Shown here: one piece after another, positions 15,913 through 25,771 of the stretch
How positions within the stretch are numbered: the first letter of the stretch is position 1
How the letters are laid out: every line of letters begins with the position of its first letter
Virus record (IMG/VR): IMGVR_UViG_3300022925_001747
Coordinates: 1 to 29,140 of that record
Length of the DNA: 29,140 nucleotides
Source: a virus
Lineage: Duplodnaviria > Caudoviricetes
Strand: one strand, 5' to 3'
The notes under the pieces: generated by a model
The model's input: the letters and a program-made list of their open reading frames with translations, nothing else
What the model was told of the DNA's origin: nothing
The model's database searches: none
Position numbers and translations under genes: made by a program

Positions 15913-16221
15913 TTATGCCAATCCGGCAAATACGTTAAATGAACCGCTCATAATAGGATGACCACACGATGTAAGGTCTCCCATTCGTGCTACAGGTCTA
16001 CCATTAAAAAGCACAGCCATAGGTGGTGAAAATGCACCTGTTACAATTTTACTTACCGCACAGGTTGGAACGTCTGGGGCCGGTGGATGAGGTGCTATTG
16101 AATCTCCTAGTAATGCGGCTGGTAAACCGTTTACTAGCACAGGACCAAACGGAAGTACTGAGCCTGGGCCTAATATAGGTCCAATTGCCATATCTATTCC
16201 AATTCTTGCTACTGGTCTCAT
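15913..16221 (-). CDS. PAAR-repeat baseplate spike-tip protein (T4 gp5.4-like)
   Basis: PVARIG, VLVNGLPAALLGD, VLFNGRPVARMGD, CGH and GSFNVFAG. Confidence 0.92.
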   Translation of the reverse strand: MRPVARIGIDMAIGPILGPGSVLPFGPVLVNGLPAALLGDSIAPHPPAPDVPTCAVSKIVTGAFSPPMAVLFNGRPVARMGDLTSCGHPIMSGSFNVFAGLA

Positions 16222-16226
16222 ACAAG

Positions 16227-16233
16227 TATTTAT
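16227..16233 (-). promoter_or_regulatory. Late-like promoter ATAAATA, 5 nt before ATG
   Basis: GATAAATACTTGTATG; no SD. Confidence 0.6.
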
Positions 16234-16245
16234 CTATTGTAAATA

Positions 16246-16569
16246 CTAGCCTGTTAAGATTTGTTTGTCAGGTGAGGAAGGTCTAATAATATTTGATGTA
16301 CTTTGCTGATATGCATCTGCAACTTCAGAATCTGTTTCAACTAATGCCAAGACACTATTAATATTAATTGTTGTAGGACCAGGCTTACAACTAAAGATCC
16401 AAGGAACTAATCCAACTCCGCCTTGTGGTGTAGGACTAAGTGCTAATGGTTTATCGATTGATAAAGAAGTATCATCAGCCTCTTGAAAACTAGCAACGAC
16501 TTCTTCGCCACTTGCTAATTTAATTGTTATGGTATCGTGTTTTGTTAATTTGTCTAGTATTGCTTTCAT
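16246..16569 (-). CDS. Sm-like-fold hypothetical protein of T4-like phages
   Basis: TIKLASGEEVVA...LVPW...AYQQSTSNII pattern; preceded by ATAAGTA-5nt-ATG. Confidence 0.6.
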   Translation of the reverse strand: MKAILDKLTKHDTITIKLASGEEVVASFQEADDTSLSIDKPLALSPTPQGGVGLVPWIFSCKPGPTTININSVLALVETDSEVADAYQQSTSNIIRPSSPDKQILTG

Positions 16570-16587
16570 ACAACTACTTATGTTGTA

Positions 16588-17685
16588 TTATAAGTTGAAG
16601 CCTTTGAAAGTGGTGTCGTCAACGTCTTGCTTAGTGCCGCCAATTACATAACTACTGATTTCTGTTTCTTGAGGTGCTACTTGTACACTACCACCGGTTA
16701 TCCAAGATTGAGTCCAAGGTAAAGGATTTGTTCCTGTGCTGTATGGAGTATCTAAGCCTACTGCTCTCATTCTTTTACCAGCAATAAACTCTACATACTG
16801 CTTTAACAGTTCTGCATTAAGTCCAATAATACTTCCATCTTTGAACAAATAGTCTGCCCATTTCTTTTCTTGTTCAACAGCATCAAAGAACATCTGTCTG
16901 CATTCTTCTATAGATTCTTTGGCAATTTTTTCAAAGTCTTTGTCTTCACGTGGAAGAAGTTTTAGCATTTGTTGGGTGCTAGCCAAGTGAACGTTTTCAT
17001 CTCTAGCAATAAATTTAATAATTTTTGCATTACCTTCCATTCTTTTGAGTTCAGCAAATGCCCAACTACAAGCAAATGAAACATAAAAACGTACACCTTC
17101 TAATATGTTTACACTCATTAAGCATTTCCAAATACGTCTTTTATGCTCATACTCGTCATACTTTTTACTACCTTGTTCTCTAAGTCTATTGTATTCTATC
17201 AGTTTATCATAGTTTTCTGTAATACTATCTGCACAATCACATATCTCTTTGATATCTAACATCTCATCAAAAACTTTGCTTGGGTCAGGATATACGTTTC
17301 TGATAATATGTGTATAACTTCTACTGTGAATAGTTTCACTGAATGCCCAAGTTTCAATCCAGGTCTCTAATTCTGGAATACTAACAATAGGCAAAAAAGC
17401 AAGATTAGGTGAACGACCTTGTACACTATCTAATAGTATTTGCCTTTTTAAGTTACTGGTAAAAATATGTTGCTCAAAGTCTGTTAGGTCTTTGAAGTCT
17501 TTACTGTCCTTGGTAATATCTACTTCTTCTGGACGCCAAAAAAAACCTAACTGCTTATCTGTTAAGTTATCAAACTGTTTGTACTTTAATGTATCAAACC
17601 TTTGCATTCCAAGTCCACCATTGGTGTCTAAAAACATCTTAGCCTTTGTGTGGTCTGATTTATTTTTTACGTCTAATACACTCAT
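16588..17685 (-). CDS. nrdB: Ribonucleotide reductase class Ia beta subunit
   Basis: FFWRPEEV, LLDSVQGR, ETIHSRSYTH (Tyr radical), LEGVRFYVSFA, RDENVH, VAPQETEISSY. Confidence 0.97.
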   Translation of the reverse strand: MSVLDVKNKSDHTKAKMFLDTNGGLGMQRFDTLKYKQFDNLTDKQLGFFWRPEEVDITKDSKDFKDLTDFEQHIFTSNLKRQILLDSVQGRSPNLAFLPIVSIPELETWIETWAFSETIHSRSYTHIIRNVYPDPSKVFDEMLDIKEICDCADSITENYDKLIEYNRLREQGSKKYDEYEHKRRIWKCLMSVNILEGVRFYVSFACSWAFAELKRMEGNAKIIKFIARDENVHLASTQQMLKLLPREDKDFEKIAKESIEECRQMFFDAVEQEKKWADYLFKDGSIIGLNAELLKQYVEFIAGKRMRAVGLDTPYSTGTNPLPWTQSWITGGSVQVAPQETEISSYVIGGTKQDVDDTTFKGFNL

Positions 17686-19974
17686 TTAAATTTTACAACT
17701 CTCGCAATCTTCGTCATCTAGTTCGCCTGCCTCTAAGTCAGGTAGTTTGTCATCTTTGTTAATATCTATCTCACCTTGTCCATCGTATGTGTTATTGTAA
17801 TATAACTGCTTACCGCCATACTTATAAAACATTAGAAGATCCTGAATCAGCACACTCATTGGTACTTTTTCATCTTCATAGTGTTCAGGATTGTAAGAAG
17901 TATTTACCGAAATCCCTTGGTCAATGTACTTTTGAAGTACAGCCATTATTTTTAAATAACCTTGTGGGGACTTCTGCTCCCATAGTAAATCATATTTATT
18001 TTTATAATATGGGAAGCCTGGTACAACCTGTTTGAGAATACCGTGTTTGCTTTGTTTAATACTTACAAAACTTCTTGGCGGCTCAATACCGTTTGTACTG
18101 TTACTAATTTGTGCAGACGTTTCACTGGGCATAAGTGCCATCAATGTACTGTTTCGAATACCTGTTTCTTTAAGTTGCTTACGCAAACCTTTCCAGTCCA
18201 ATCTTTCTTTGTGTTTAACTAAATCATCGACATCTTTTTTGTATGTCTGGTTAGGTGTTATGCCTTGTCCATATTTTGTTTCTGGTGTGCCAGGACAAGC
18301 ACCTTTTTCTACTGCGAGATCGGCACTTGCTTTAATTAAACTGTAACTCCAAACTTCTGCCCATTCGTCAACTAATTCTAAGTTAGGATCTTGATAATTT
18401 GTATCATTCTTTGCTAACCAATATGCAAAGTTGATAATACCAATACCTAGTGGACGTCTTTTCATTGTGCTGAGTTGTGCCGCTAGTACTGGATACTCTT
18501 GATAGTCAAGTAATTCGTCTAACCCTCTAACAGCAAGATTACATACTTTCTCCATATCGCTGAAATCTTTTATTACTCCCCAATTGATTGCACTCAAAGT
18601 ACACAAACTAATTTCGCCTTCTTCATCTGAAATGTTGTTCAAAGGTTTTGTGGGTAAATCAATTTCACAACATAAGTTACTTTGTCTGATAGGTGCTACT
18701 TCCTCAATAAATGATCCGTGTGTATTTGCGTGGTCAACATTCATCAAGTAAATTCTGCCTGTGTCTTTTCTTTCTGATACAAACGAACTAAACAATTCAA
18801 TAGCAGGAATAGACTTCTTCCTAATACTGGTTTTACGTTCTGCCGCTTCATATAATTCTTTAAACTTGTCTTGGTCTGTAAAGAATGAATCGTAAAGTCC
18901 AGGAACATCTTTAGGTGAGAACAATGTGATGTTGCCACCGCTGATGAGCCTTTCATACATAAGTTTGTTAAACTGTACACCATAGTCCATATGACGTACA
19001 CGATTGTCTTCTGTGCCTTTGTTGTTCTTTAGCACCAGTAAGTCTTCAACTTCTAAGTGCCAAATTGGGTAATATAAAGTGGCGGCTCCTCCCCTTACTC
19101 CACCTTGGGAGCAACTCTTAACCGCCGATTGAAATAATTTATAGAAGGGAATAACGCCTGTGTGAGTTGCGTCTCCGCTCCTAATAGGTGAGCCAATTGC
19201 TCTTATGTTACCAGCACCAATACCGATGCCTGCCTTTTGGCTTACATACTTTACTACAGCACTAGACGTTGCGTTAATGCTATCTAAACTGTCATCAGTT
19301 TCAATTAATACACAACTGCTAAACTGTCTTTGCGGTGTTCTAACACCTGCCATAACTGGCGTAGGTAAACTAATTTTGAATGTACTAATAGCATCATAGT
19401 ATGCTTTTACATATTGTAATCTAGTTTCTGCTGGATACTTGCTAAACAAAGTAGCCGCAATCATCATATATGCTACTTGTGGTGTTTCGTAAATTTGACC
19501 TGTTGCTCTATTCTGTACTAGGTACTTACCACGGAACTGTTCCATAGCCGCATAGGTTAATACCTCATCTCTGTCGTGCTTGATGTATGTTTGCAGAATA
19601 TTGATTTCATCTTTGGTGTATAGTTTTGTAAATTCTGAATCATAGAATCCTGCATCAATGTTTTTATCTATAATATCACATAAGCAAGGTGGCTCGAACA
19701 TACCATACACTTGTTTTCGCAAATGATAGTTGATTAGCCTACCTGCTACATATTGATAGTTAGGAGTATCTTCTGAGATAAGATCTGCGGCACTTTTAAT
19801 AAGTGTCTCTTGTACATCTTCAGTCACAATGCCATCATAGAATTGTATATTACTACTTATTTCAACTTGGCTGGCACTAACACCTGTGATGCCTTCACAA
19901 GCATATTGTACTACCTTATGTAATTTATCGATATTTAAATCTTCAAGAGTACCGTCTCGTTTTCTTACCTGCAT
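17686..19974 (-). CDS. nrdA: Ribonucleotide reductase class Ia alpha subunit with ATP cone
   Basis: VRKRDG ATP cone, PTPVMAG, QFSSCVL, QGGVRGG, SNLCCEI, GIEPP, LYY and C-terminal CESC. Confidence 0.97.
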   Translation of the reverse strand: MQVRKRDGTLEDLNIDKLHKVVQYACEGITGVSASQVEISSNIQFYDGIVTEDVQETLIKSAADLISEDTPNYQYVAGRLINYHLRKQVYGMFEPPCLCDIIDKNIDAGFYDSEFTKLYTKDEINILQTYIKHDRDEVLTYAAMEQFRGKYLVQNRATGQIYETPQVAYMMIAATLFSKYPAETRLQYVKAYYDAISTFKISLPTPVMAGVRTPQRQFSSCVLIETDDSLDSINATSSAVVKYVSQKAGIGIGAGNIRAIGSPIRSGDATHTGVIPFYKLFQSAVKSCSQGGVRGGAATLYYPIWHLEVEDLLVLKNNKGTEDNRVRHMDYGVQFNKLMYERLISGGNITLFSPKDVPGLYDSFFTDQDKFKELYEAAERKTSIRKKSIPAIELFSSFVSERKDTGRIYLMNVDHANTHGSFIEEVAPIRQSNLCCEIDLPTKPLNNISDEEGEISLCTLSAINWGVIKDFSDMEKVCNLAVRGLDELLDYQEYPVLAAQLSTMKRRPLGIGIINFAYWLAKNDTNYQDPNLELVDEWAEVWSYSLIKASADLAVEKGACPGTPETKYGQGITPNQTYKKDVDDLVKHKERLDWKGLRKQLKETGIRNSTLMALMPSETSAQISNSTNGIEPPRSFVSIKQSKHGILKQVVPGFPYYKNKYDLLWEQKSPQGYLKIMAVLQKYIDQGISVNTSYNPEHYEDEKVPMSVLIQDLLMFYKYGGKQLYYNNTYDGQGEIDINKDDKLPDLEAGELDDEDCESCKI

Positions 19975-19983
19975 TATGAGACC

Positions 19984-20211
19984 TTATTGACTATCGACTA
20001 ATGCTTTGAATTCTGTGAATCCGCCTATTTTTTCACCATCGACTATAATTTGTGGGAATGTTCTAGCACCTGGAAAAGTTTCAAATAACTCTTCTCTGCT
20101 AAAGTCTTCATCTAACATTTTGTATGTTAGGTCATATCCTTTTGATTCTGCTAGTGCTTTTGCCTGAATGCAGTAGGGACATTGTTGTTTGCTGTATATT
20201 TCTACTATCAT
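19984..20211 (-). CDS. grx: Glutaredoxin
   Basis: CPYC, TFPQI and IGGF motifs; directly upstream of nrdA. Confidence 0.95.
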   Translation of the reverse strand: MIVEIYSKQQCPYCIQAKALAESKGYDLTYKMLDEDFSREELFETFPGARTFPQIIVDGEKIGGFTEFKALVDSQ

Positions 20212-20654
20212 TAGTTTACTTTCCTTTGTATGTCTGAATTATTTCCTATCGTGTTAAAGATTAGAAAATCTTCCTTTATGTTATTATAATTATCTATCTT
20301 GCCAGGTGTAATATTAAAACATTGATTGTCTATCATAAAAACTAATCCTGCTTGACCAGTGATATGATTATCTACTATATGCCAAGTTGCATTATTATAG
20401 CACACTTTGTCTAGTGCTGTCAACGTATCAAATAATAAAAGATTAACACCGCTATAACAAAACATTTTGTTTGCTAAGATATCCCAGCAATCAGGCCAAG
20501 ATTTGTGAGTGTAATAATCAAAATTGTTACTATCATATTTAACCAAATTGAAACATTCAACTATGGTTTCAGGGGAACTAGAGGCGTGAATTTTTCTGAA
20601 GTCTCTCCAGGCGTCTAATCGTTTTTGAGGTGTGGTATGTCTATCTAATATCAT
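20211..20654 (-). CDS. Hypothetical protein (~147 aa)
   Basis: Likely start ATG 20654 (ATGA overlap); coupled to grx by TAATG. Confidence 0.7.
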   Translation of the reverse strand: MILDRHTTPQKRLDAWRDFRKIHASSSPETIVECFNLVKYDSNNFDYYTHKSWPDCWDILANKMFCYSGVNLLLFDTLTALDKVCYNNATWHIVDNHITGQAGLVFMIDNQCFNITPGKIDNYNNIKEDFLIFNTIGNNSDIQRKVN

Positions 20655-22378
20655 CCAAGCCATTTGCGGACAATAAACTTCATATTGACAGTTTGTCCTG
20701 TGGCATTGGTTGTACTAGTTACAATGTTTGAACCGGAGAACGCAACACTGAATGTCACTCCTCCTGATATACCATTAGATATTTCTACCCCTTGGTCATC
20801 TATTGATGCTACTGAATTTGTGCTGTCTGCTGTGATGAATAACTGTCCTGTTTTCCTATAATAAGTTGCTCCACTTACATACTTTAAACTGTACTCTACT
20901 ACAACTACGTCATTGATTGTGCTGTCAAAAGTTAAGTCTGCATTTGTAGTTGGGCCACCATTTGGAACACTTGTTTGTAATGGTTGACTAAACAATGTTG
21001 CGGATGATGTAGAAGACAATCCAGTAAGCAACTTCAAGTTGGTATTAAGATCCATTAAACCTTGTATTTCAGAACTTGTGGTTTCATAATACAATTTGTT
21101 TGCTAGGTCTACAAAATTTTGTGCTTCACGTTTTCCTAAAAACGTAATCTCTTTTGTGTCTGTGTTAATAGATGGAGAATAAACACTTGTATTTGCACTG
21201 GCAGGGTCTCTTGCATAATGACTTGCATACTGAATATCATTAACAATATTTACTGTGTTAGATCCAACTAAGTCATCTAAATACTTTTCAAGTTGCCCTT
21301 TGATAGAATTATCTGCTTTAGTAACAGAACCGCCTGACATTTGTAAATTTGCAGGTATGTTATCAAAAGTTACATCTAACCCTGTGTCACTTGACAAATA
21401 TATTCTATTGCTATTTGTAGGGACTTCATATGCCTTTATAAATGTATTAGAACTATTAACTGCATTAATAATAGCAGTAACATTACTTAAACCATTTAAA
21501 CTAATATTTGCATTGTTATTTGCATTTGCTGTTTCACGTACATCAATTGTGTCCGAAACGCCTAAAGGAGTAGTTATACTAATATTTCCTGATGATTCAA
21601 CAAATGGCGATAAATGTATATTAGAATTCAACGCAATCCAACCTGTGGAGTTTACACTATCATACACTACTTGGTCACTCGATATCTGTCTGTGGGTTGG
21701 AATATTGTATTCTTCATAAAACCCTTTCGATCCACTTGCTCCTATGTTGCTCGTAGACTCTAACAGATGTCGCACAGCGACGTTTCCGTAGAAGTTTAGA
21801 GTAATAGTATCACTTGATGCAGGTGTTTGCCCAAACTCAATTTTTTGTACTCCAGTTTGATTTGTACTGCTTTCAATTCTATATTGATTACTGTTTAAAC
21901 TTGATTTGTTCGTAACAGAACTGGCCTCAAGTAGTTCTCCATTTTTCATAACAACAACATCCGTTGCAGTAAATCCTGCATTGGTTGTTTGGTTTTGAAT
22001 AATAGCAGTATTTGTGCTGTTGGTTATTGCTGTTCTAAATACAGGTCCTGCGTATAGATGACCTGCACTATCGTTACAATCAAATGTAAACGAATCTGTT
22101 ACGCCGTCAAACTCTGATGAGCCTAACTTTTTACTTGGTAATGTGAATCTTATAAAATTATTGTTTATGAAGTTGTTAGCATAGGTAACACCACTTAAAA
22201 CATTGTTGACTGTTGCAACATTATGTTTGAGTCCAGTTGTATCGTAGTCTGGATCTAATCCAATATATACTTCATTACTGTCTGTTGCTAATCCAATTTC
22301 ACCTGGACGTAATGGAGAAGGTAGGTCTGCTTTTAAACCTCTTCTATTTTGAATCCTCGATATTACTATTTTTGCCAC
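20651..22378 (-). CDS. Virion structural / tail-fibre-like protein
   Basis: N-terminal RIQNRRG...LRPGEIGLATD..VYIG (Mtd-N-like attachment motif); S/T/N-rich beta body; GTG start with SD GGAG. Confidence 0.75.
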   Translation of the reverse strand: MAKIVISRIQNRRGLKADLPSPLRPGEIGLATDSNEVYIGLDPDYDTTGLKHNVATVNNVLSGVTYANNFINNNFIRFTLPSKKLGSSEFDGVTDSFTFDCNDSAGHLYAGPVFRTAITNSTNTAIIQNQTTNAGFTATDVVVMKNGELLEASSVTNKSSLNSNQYRIESSTNQTGVQKIEFGQTPASSDTITLNFYGNVAVRHLLESTSNIGASGSKGFYEEYNIPTHRQISSDQVVYDSVNSTGWIALNSNIHLSPFVESSGNISITTPLGVSDTIDVRETANANNNANISLNGLSNVTAIINAVNSSNTFIKAYEVPTNSNRIYLSSDTGLDVTFDNIPANLQMSGGSVTKADNSIKGQLEKYLDDLVGSNTVNIVNDIQYASHYARDPASANTSVYSPSINTDTKEITFLGKREAQNFVDLANKLYYETTSSEIQGLMDLNTNLKLLTGLSSTSSATLFSQPLQTSVPNGGPTTNADLTFDSTINDVVVVEYSLKYVSGATYYRKTGQLFITADSTNSVASIDDQGVEISNGISGGVTFSVAFSGSNIVTSTTNATGQTVNMKFIVRKWLG

Positions 22379-22402
22379 TTATTAAAACTCCGTTAGTGTA
22401 AG

Positions 22403-22409
22403 TATTTAT
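22403..22409 (-). promoter_or_regulatory. Late-like promoter ATAAATA
   Basis: GATAAATACTTACA; the same 14-mer occurs at 24924-24937. Confidence 0.65.
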
Positions 22410-23107
22410 CATTTCTGGAGTTTGTAATAATCTTCTAATCTCTGTAACCATTTCTTTGTATACTCTTCGAACTCGTCACCTTCTATTGTAAACTCTTTGA
22501 AATCTCCTTCTCTGTCTATCATAAAAATAGTTACTCTGCTTATGTCTGTATCAAACATTTCATTGTGTGCAATAGCATACGCACACCCCTGCATAAAATA
22601 ATCTTCAATCCATTCTCTTTTTTTAATTTTTCTTGCAGTTTTAAAGTCTATGATAGTAGGCTTGCCTTCGTAAACTCCTATGCAGTCACTAGTTCCAGCA
22701 AATAAACCCTTTGCAATTAACCCTACCTCAACACCCCATATCTCATCTACTTTACTAACACCTTCAGTAATCATATTGTTTACCATAGGTTTAGCCATTT
22801 CTGAGATAACATTGTTGCCTTTAATCTCATAATCTTCGCCTAGTATATATTTTTCTATAGCATTGTGTACTTTGGTACCTAAGCCTGCGGCTTCAGTGCT
22901 GATACGAGTTGCTTCTTGTTCTCCTACACGTTTACGCCAAGCAATTAATCCTGATTTATCTCCTGTTGCAGATAGAATAGTTGTGACACTAGGCACAGGA
23001 TTATTGTCGTCTCCTGTATATTGTCGTTGTCCGGATTTTGCTGTTACTCTTTTTAGAGTAGGGTATTCATATTTTTCTTTGAGAAGACTTACCAAGTTAT
23101 TGTCCAT
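22409..23107 (-). CDS. PD-(D/E)xK exonuclease (T4-like phage exonuclease, RecB/MGME1-like)
   Basis: PSVTTIL, GTKVHNAIE, AGTSDC, IIDFKT and YFMQGCAYA. Confidence 0.88.
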   Translation of the reverse strand: MDNNLVSLLKEKYEYPTLKRVTAKSGQRQYTGDDNNPVPSVTTILSATGDKSGLIAWRKRVGEQEATRISTEAAGLGTKVHNAIEKYILGEDYEIKGNNVISEMAKPMVNNMITEGVSKVDEIWGVEVGLIAKGLFAGTSDCIGVYEGKPTIIDFKTARKIKKREWIEDYFMQGCAYAIAHNEMFDTDISRVTIFMIDREGDFKEFTIEGDEFEEYTKKWLQRLEDYYKLQK

Positions 23108-23409
23108 ATAAGTGTGTTACCTGTTGTTGAGTTATTACTTATACTTACCGTATATCCTAAATCAGTGAAGTGTTTTTTGACTATGTTGATTTGGTCACTC
23201 TTGTTTGCGTCTGTTGTAACACCATTATATGCTTGGTAGTATGATACTCCTGTTGTAATGGTTGTGCCTGTGCTAACACTAACTGTTAGGTTACCGGCAT
23301 CTACTTGGGTTAATACGTTGGCTTCTAATGCTCGTATTTCATTTAATATGAGACTGCTATCTCTTGTTTTCTTTCTTGCTTCTGTGGCGTTAATAAAAAC
23401 TGTACTCAT
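23089..23409 (-). CDS. Hypothetical protein (106 aa)
   Basis: ATGA-coupled ORF in the late operon. Confidence 0.75.
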   Translation of the reverse strand: MSTVFINATEARKKTRDSSLILNEIRALEANVLTQVDAGNLTVSVSTGTTITTGVSYYQAYNGVTTDANKSDQINIVKKHFTDLGYTVSISNNSTTGNTLIWTITW

Positions 23410-23750
23410 ACTAGGTCGTCCTTAACACCTGCCATAGCATTATCGTTTGCCATATCTTGTACTCTGTCACCTAATTCGTCTTGTCTTTCAGCAGACATAT
23501 CTATTACATCTGCTTCAGTATCAAGAACAATTTCGTTACCTTGTACATCTTTTACTGCAGGTATTTCTTTTAATATTGTTCTAAGGTACTCATCATCTAT
23601 GCTGTGATTCATATCTGTGAGGTTTTTTATTAGTTTGTTAAAGTCTAGGCTAAGAAGATTTCTTCCTTTAGCCACAAATATCATATCACGTATATCTGAC
23701 TTCAAAGCAGAGTCAGAATCTAACTCATTAATGATATGAAAGAGTCTCAT
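23406..23750 (-). CDS. Hypothetical protein (114 aa), probable head-associated
   Basis: TAATG-coupled; N-terminal MRLFHIINE resembles propeptide-like leaders. Confidence 0.7.
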   Translation of the reverse strand: MRLFHIINELDSDSALKSDIRDMIFVAKGRNLLSLDFNKLIKNLTDMNHSIDDEYLRTILKEIPAVKDVQGNEIVLDTEADVIDMSAERQDELGDRVQDMANDNAMAGVKDDLV

Positions 23751-24904
23751 TACTTGAGTTCTCTACCTAAAGGGTCATCTACAGGACCTGCATTAGCATC
23801 TGCACCTGCAAAGTCGTCTAACTCATCTCCGCCCATATCGTCCATATCGCCCATATCGCCTATTGGATCTATTTGAGCGTCTGGATCTTCCATATCTGTT
23901 GATATCAAAGGTTCTGCTCCAGTAACACCACCAATAGCACTATCGACTTGTTCTTTGGCATCTTTTAGTTGATTTAATAATCCTTCTAATGCTGATCCAA
24001 CGTTTTCACCAAATGGTTGTGCTTTCTCAATACCTAATTGACCTCTCATTTGGTCAACAATAGCAGGTAAATCTTCGTTGAATGCTCTACCTACATCTTC
24101 TACTGCATCTTGTATTTGGTCACTTAATGCTCTTGCGGCTATTATTACTTCTGCTTCTTCTACTTCAACATCTTCAGTAATAAATTCTTCTGGATTATTT
24201 TCTATGTATTCGCTAATTAATTTAAGAGTTTCTGCTAATTTTTGCTCGTCTAAACTTTTCAGGAACTTCATAGCATCTGGAACAGATGCATCAATGCCTT
24301 TGCTTTTTAAAATGCTAACCATTGCTTTAGCCTGAGACCTGTCATCTCCTGAAGCACTTGAACCTAATTTTCTATAGGCGTGTTTGTACTTAGGTAACTT
24401 GCCGTCGACTGCATCAGTATATTCACTGCTTACAACTTCTTCTTCGGCTCCACCTTCTTGTAAATTGCGAATGTGCTCTTGCACCATCTCACCTAGTTTA
24501 AACATAATCATATCTGCTGGATATCTTACTGGCATAATCTCATAAGATTTTCTAGCACTATCCATTGCTTGATCATAATCATCACCGGTTGCCATACAAC
24601 CTAATGCGTGGTCTTTTAGTTCTTCGAGACATTTCTCATAAACTTCTCCTTCAAAGTACATACCTTCTGCTAACATATTTGTATATGCTGATTTCAGCAT
24701 AATATTTTTAGCATACATTGGGTCACGTTGAAAATATGTAGAATTTGCTTTGATATTTACAATATTTTCTTCAACTGATTTTAAATTTTCTTGAAGTTTT
24801 TTTAAAGAAGTCACTTCAACTTTATAACCATATTGCTCTTTAAGGTTAGAAGAAATTTTATCTAAATTCTCTAGATTACTATTTTTAAATTCTTTAACTA
24901 ACAT
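23750..24904 (-). CDS. Acidic helical protein, candidate prohead core/scaffold component
   Basis: Late motif plus SD AAGGA; very acidic with many x-x-E motifs; low-complexity MGDMGDMDDMGG tail. Confidence 0.55.
   Translation of the reverse strand: MLVKEFKNSNLENLDKISSNLKEQYGYKVEVTSLKKLQENLKSVEENIVNIKANSTYFQRDPMYAKNIMLKSAYTNMLAEGMYFEGEVYEKCLEELKDHALGCMATGDDYDQAMDSARKSYEIMPVRYPADMIMFKLGEMVQEHIRNLQEGGAEEEVVSSEYTDAVDGKLPKYKHAYRKLGSSASGDDRSQAKAMVSILKSKGIDASVPDAMKFLKSLDEQKLAETLKLISEYIENNPEEFITEDVEVEEAEVIIAARALSDQIQDAVEDVGRAFNEDLPAIVDQMRGQLGIEKAQPFGENVGSALEGLLNQLKDAKEQVDSAIGGVTGAEPLISTDMEDPDAQIDPIGDMGDMDDMGGDELDDFAGADANAGPVDDPLGRELK
23829..23861 (-). repeat. Imperfect 9-nt tandem repeat encoding GDM-GDM-DDM
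   Basis: Plus strand (gcccatatc)(gtccatatc)(gcccatatc)gcc. Confidence 0.6.
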
Positions 24905-24929
24905 AATAGATTCCTTAATATATTGTAAG

Positions 24930-24936
24930 TATTTAT
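24930..24936 (-). promoter_or_regulatory. Late-like promoter ATAAATA
   Basis: GATAAATACTTACAATATATTAAGGAATCTATTATG. Confidence 0.65.
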
Positions 24937-24949
24937 CTATTATGCAAGT

Positions 24950-25390
24950 TTAAAAGATGTTTTCAGATAAACTCTCTATACTCATAATAGCAACATCTAG
25001 TTTTTCTGTGCTTACAGAGTGCTTTGCAACGTAGATATCGTACTTGTCATCGGTATATGGATCAGCATTTTCCATTAAATGCTCATACAGAGTAACTTCT
25101 GCCAAGGCACTTACATACCGTTTTTCTAAATTTAGAAGTCTTGAGATGGTAGCATCGTCTTCTGTAAATATTTGTGCATTTAACCCTGCGGCAATAAATC
25201 TAGCAACACCAACTAATAAAATACCAGAGTGTACATCATCGTCTTGTTTAACATTATAAACAGTATACGATTCGTCGTCTTCTATGCACCAATCGTACAT
25301 TTCGTTAGAATTTACATAGTCTTCTATTAGATTTTCTAATAAACTAGATATAGTTTTTTTGTCTGACGTGTTTGTAAGCATTTGTACCAT
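24950..25390 (-). CDS. Hypothetical protein (~146 aa)
   Basis: ORF track; start uncertain (25390 or 25381). Confidence 0.7.
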   Translation of the reverse strand: MVQMLTNTSDKKTISSLLENLIEDYVNSNEMYDWCIEDDESYTVYNVKQDDDVHSGILLVGVARFIAAGLNAQIFTEDDATISRLLNLEKRYVSALAEVTLYEHLMENADPYTDDKYDIYVAKHSVSTEKLDVAIMSIESLSENIF

Positions 25391-25568
25391 CCTTTAATTT
25401 TACTAATTTTACGATATCTCTTTGACGCATTTGGTCTAACAAATATCCTTCCCTTTCTGCCAATCCATTCTTTGCGATTGGGCCGAATTCTACTAACCTC
25501 TCAAATAATTGAGATTCTTGACTGTTTAAAAATGTTGTATAACCTTTACTGTTCTTTATACTTCTCAT
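25344..25568 (-). CDS. Hypothetical protein (74 aa), possible winged-helix
   Basis: ATGA-coupled; LNSQESQLFERL...YLLDQMRQRDIVKLV pattern. Confidence 0.65.
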   Translation of the reverse strand: MRSIKNSKGYTTFLNSQESQLFERLVEFGPIAKNGLAEREGYLLDQMRQRDIVKLVKLKDGTNAYKHVRQKNYI

Positions 25569-25771
25569 TTGTCGTAGATGCCTTTTCCTATTGCACCCTT
25601 TAAAGATGTATGCTTACTTTTCTTCTTTGAAGGCTTTCTTTTAATTATGTTTCCGCTGTTCATATTGTGCGCCACACTGGCTACTGCACCTGCACTAGTG
25701 GCTCCTGCACTAGCACTTTCTTCTATATTATAGTACATTTCAAATACTTTGTCAATGTCTTTTGCCTTCAT
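25565..25771 (-). CDS. Small hypothetical protein (68 aa) with E-SASAGATSAGAVA motif and basic tail
   Basis: ATAAATA-5nt-ATG start (motif at 25777-83); IEE|SASAG is a candidate processing site. Confidence 0.75.
   Translation of the reverse strand: MKAKDIDKVFEMYYNIEESASAGATSAGAVASVAHNMNSGNIIKRKPSKKKSKHTSLKGAIGKGIYDK

Noticed and set aside
12166-19001. Same-strand alternative-frame ORFs 12166..12351, 13212..13421 and 18744..19001
   Set aside because: Nested in the rSAM C-terminal domain, the S8 protease and nrdA, with no independent signals.
16588-19974. Intron, intein or homing endonuclease in nrdA/nrdB
   Set aside because: Both are uninterrupted, of normal length (762 and 365 aa) and directly adjacent.
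22409-23107. Cas4/CRISPR association
   Set aside because: Lacks the four-Cys Fe-S pattern of Cas4; no repeat-spacer array or other cas genes seen in the window.
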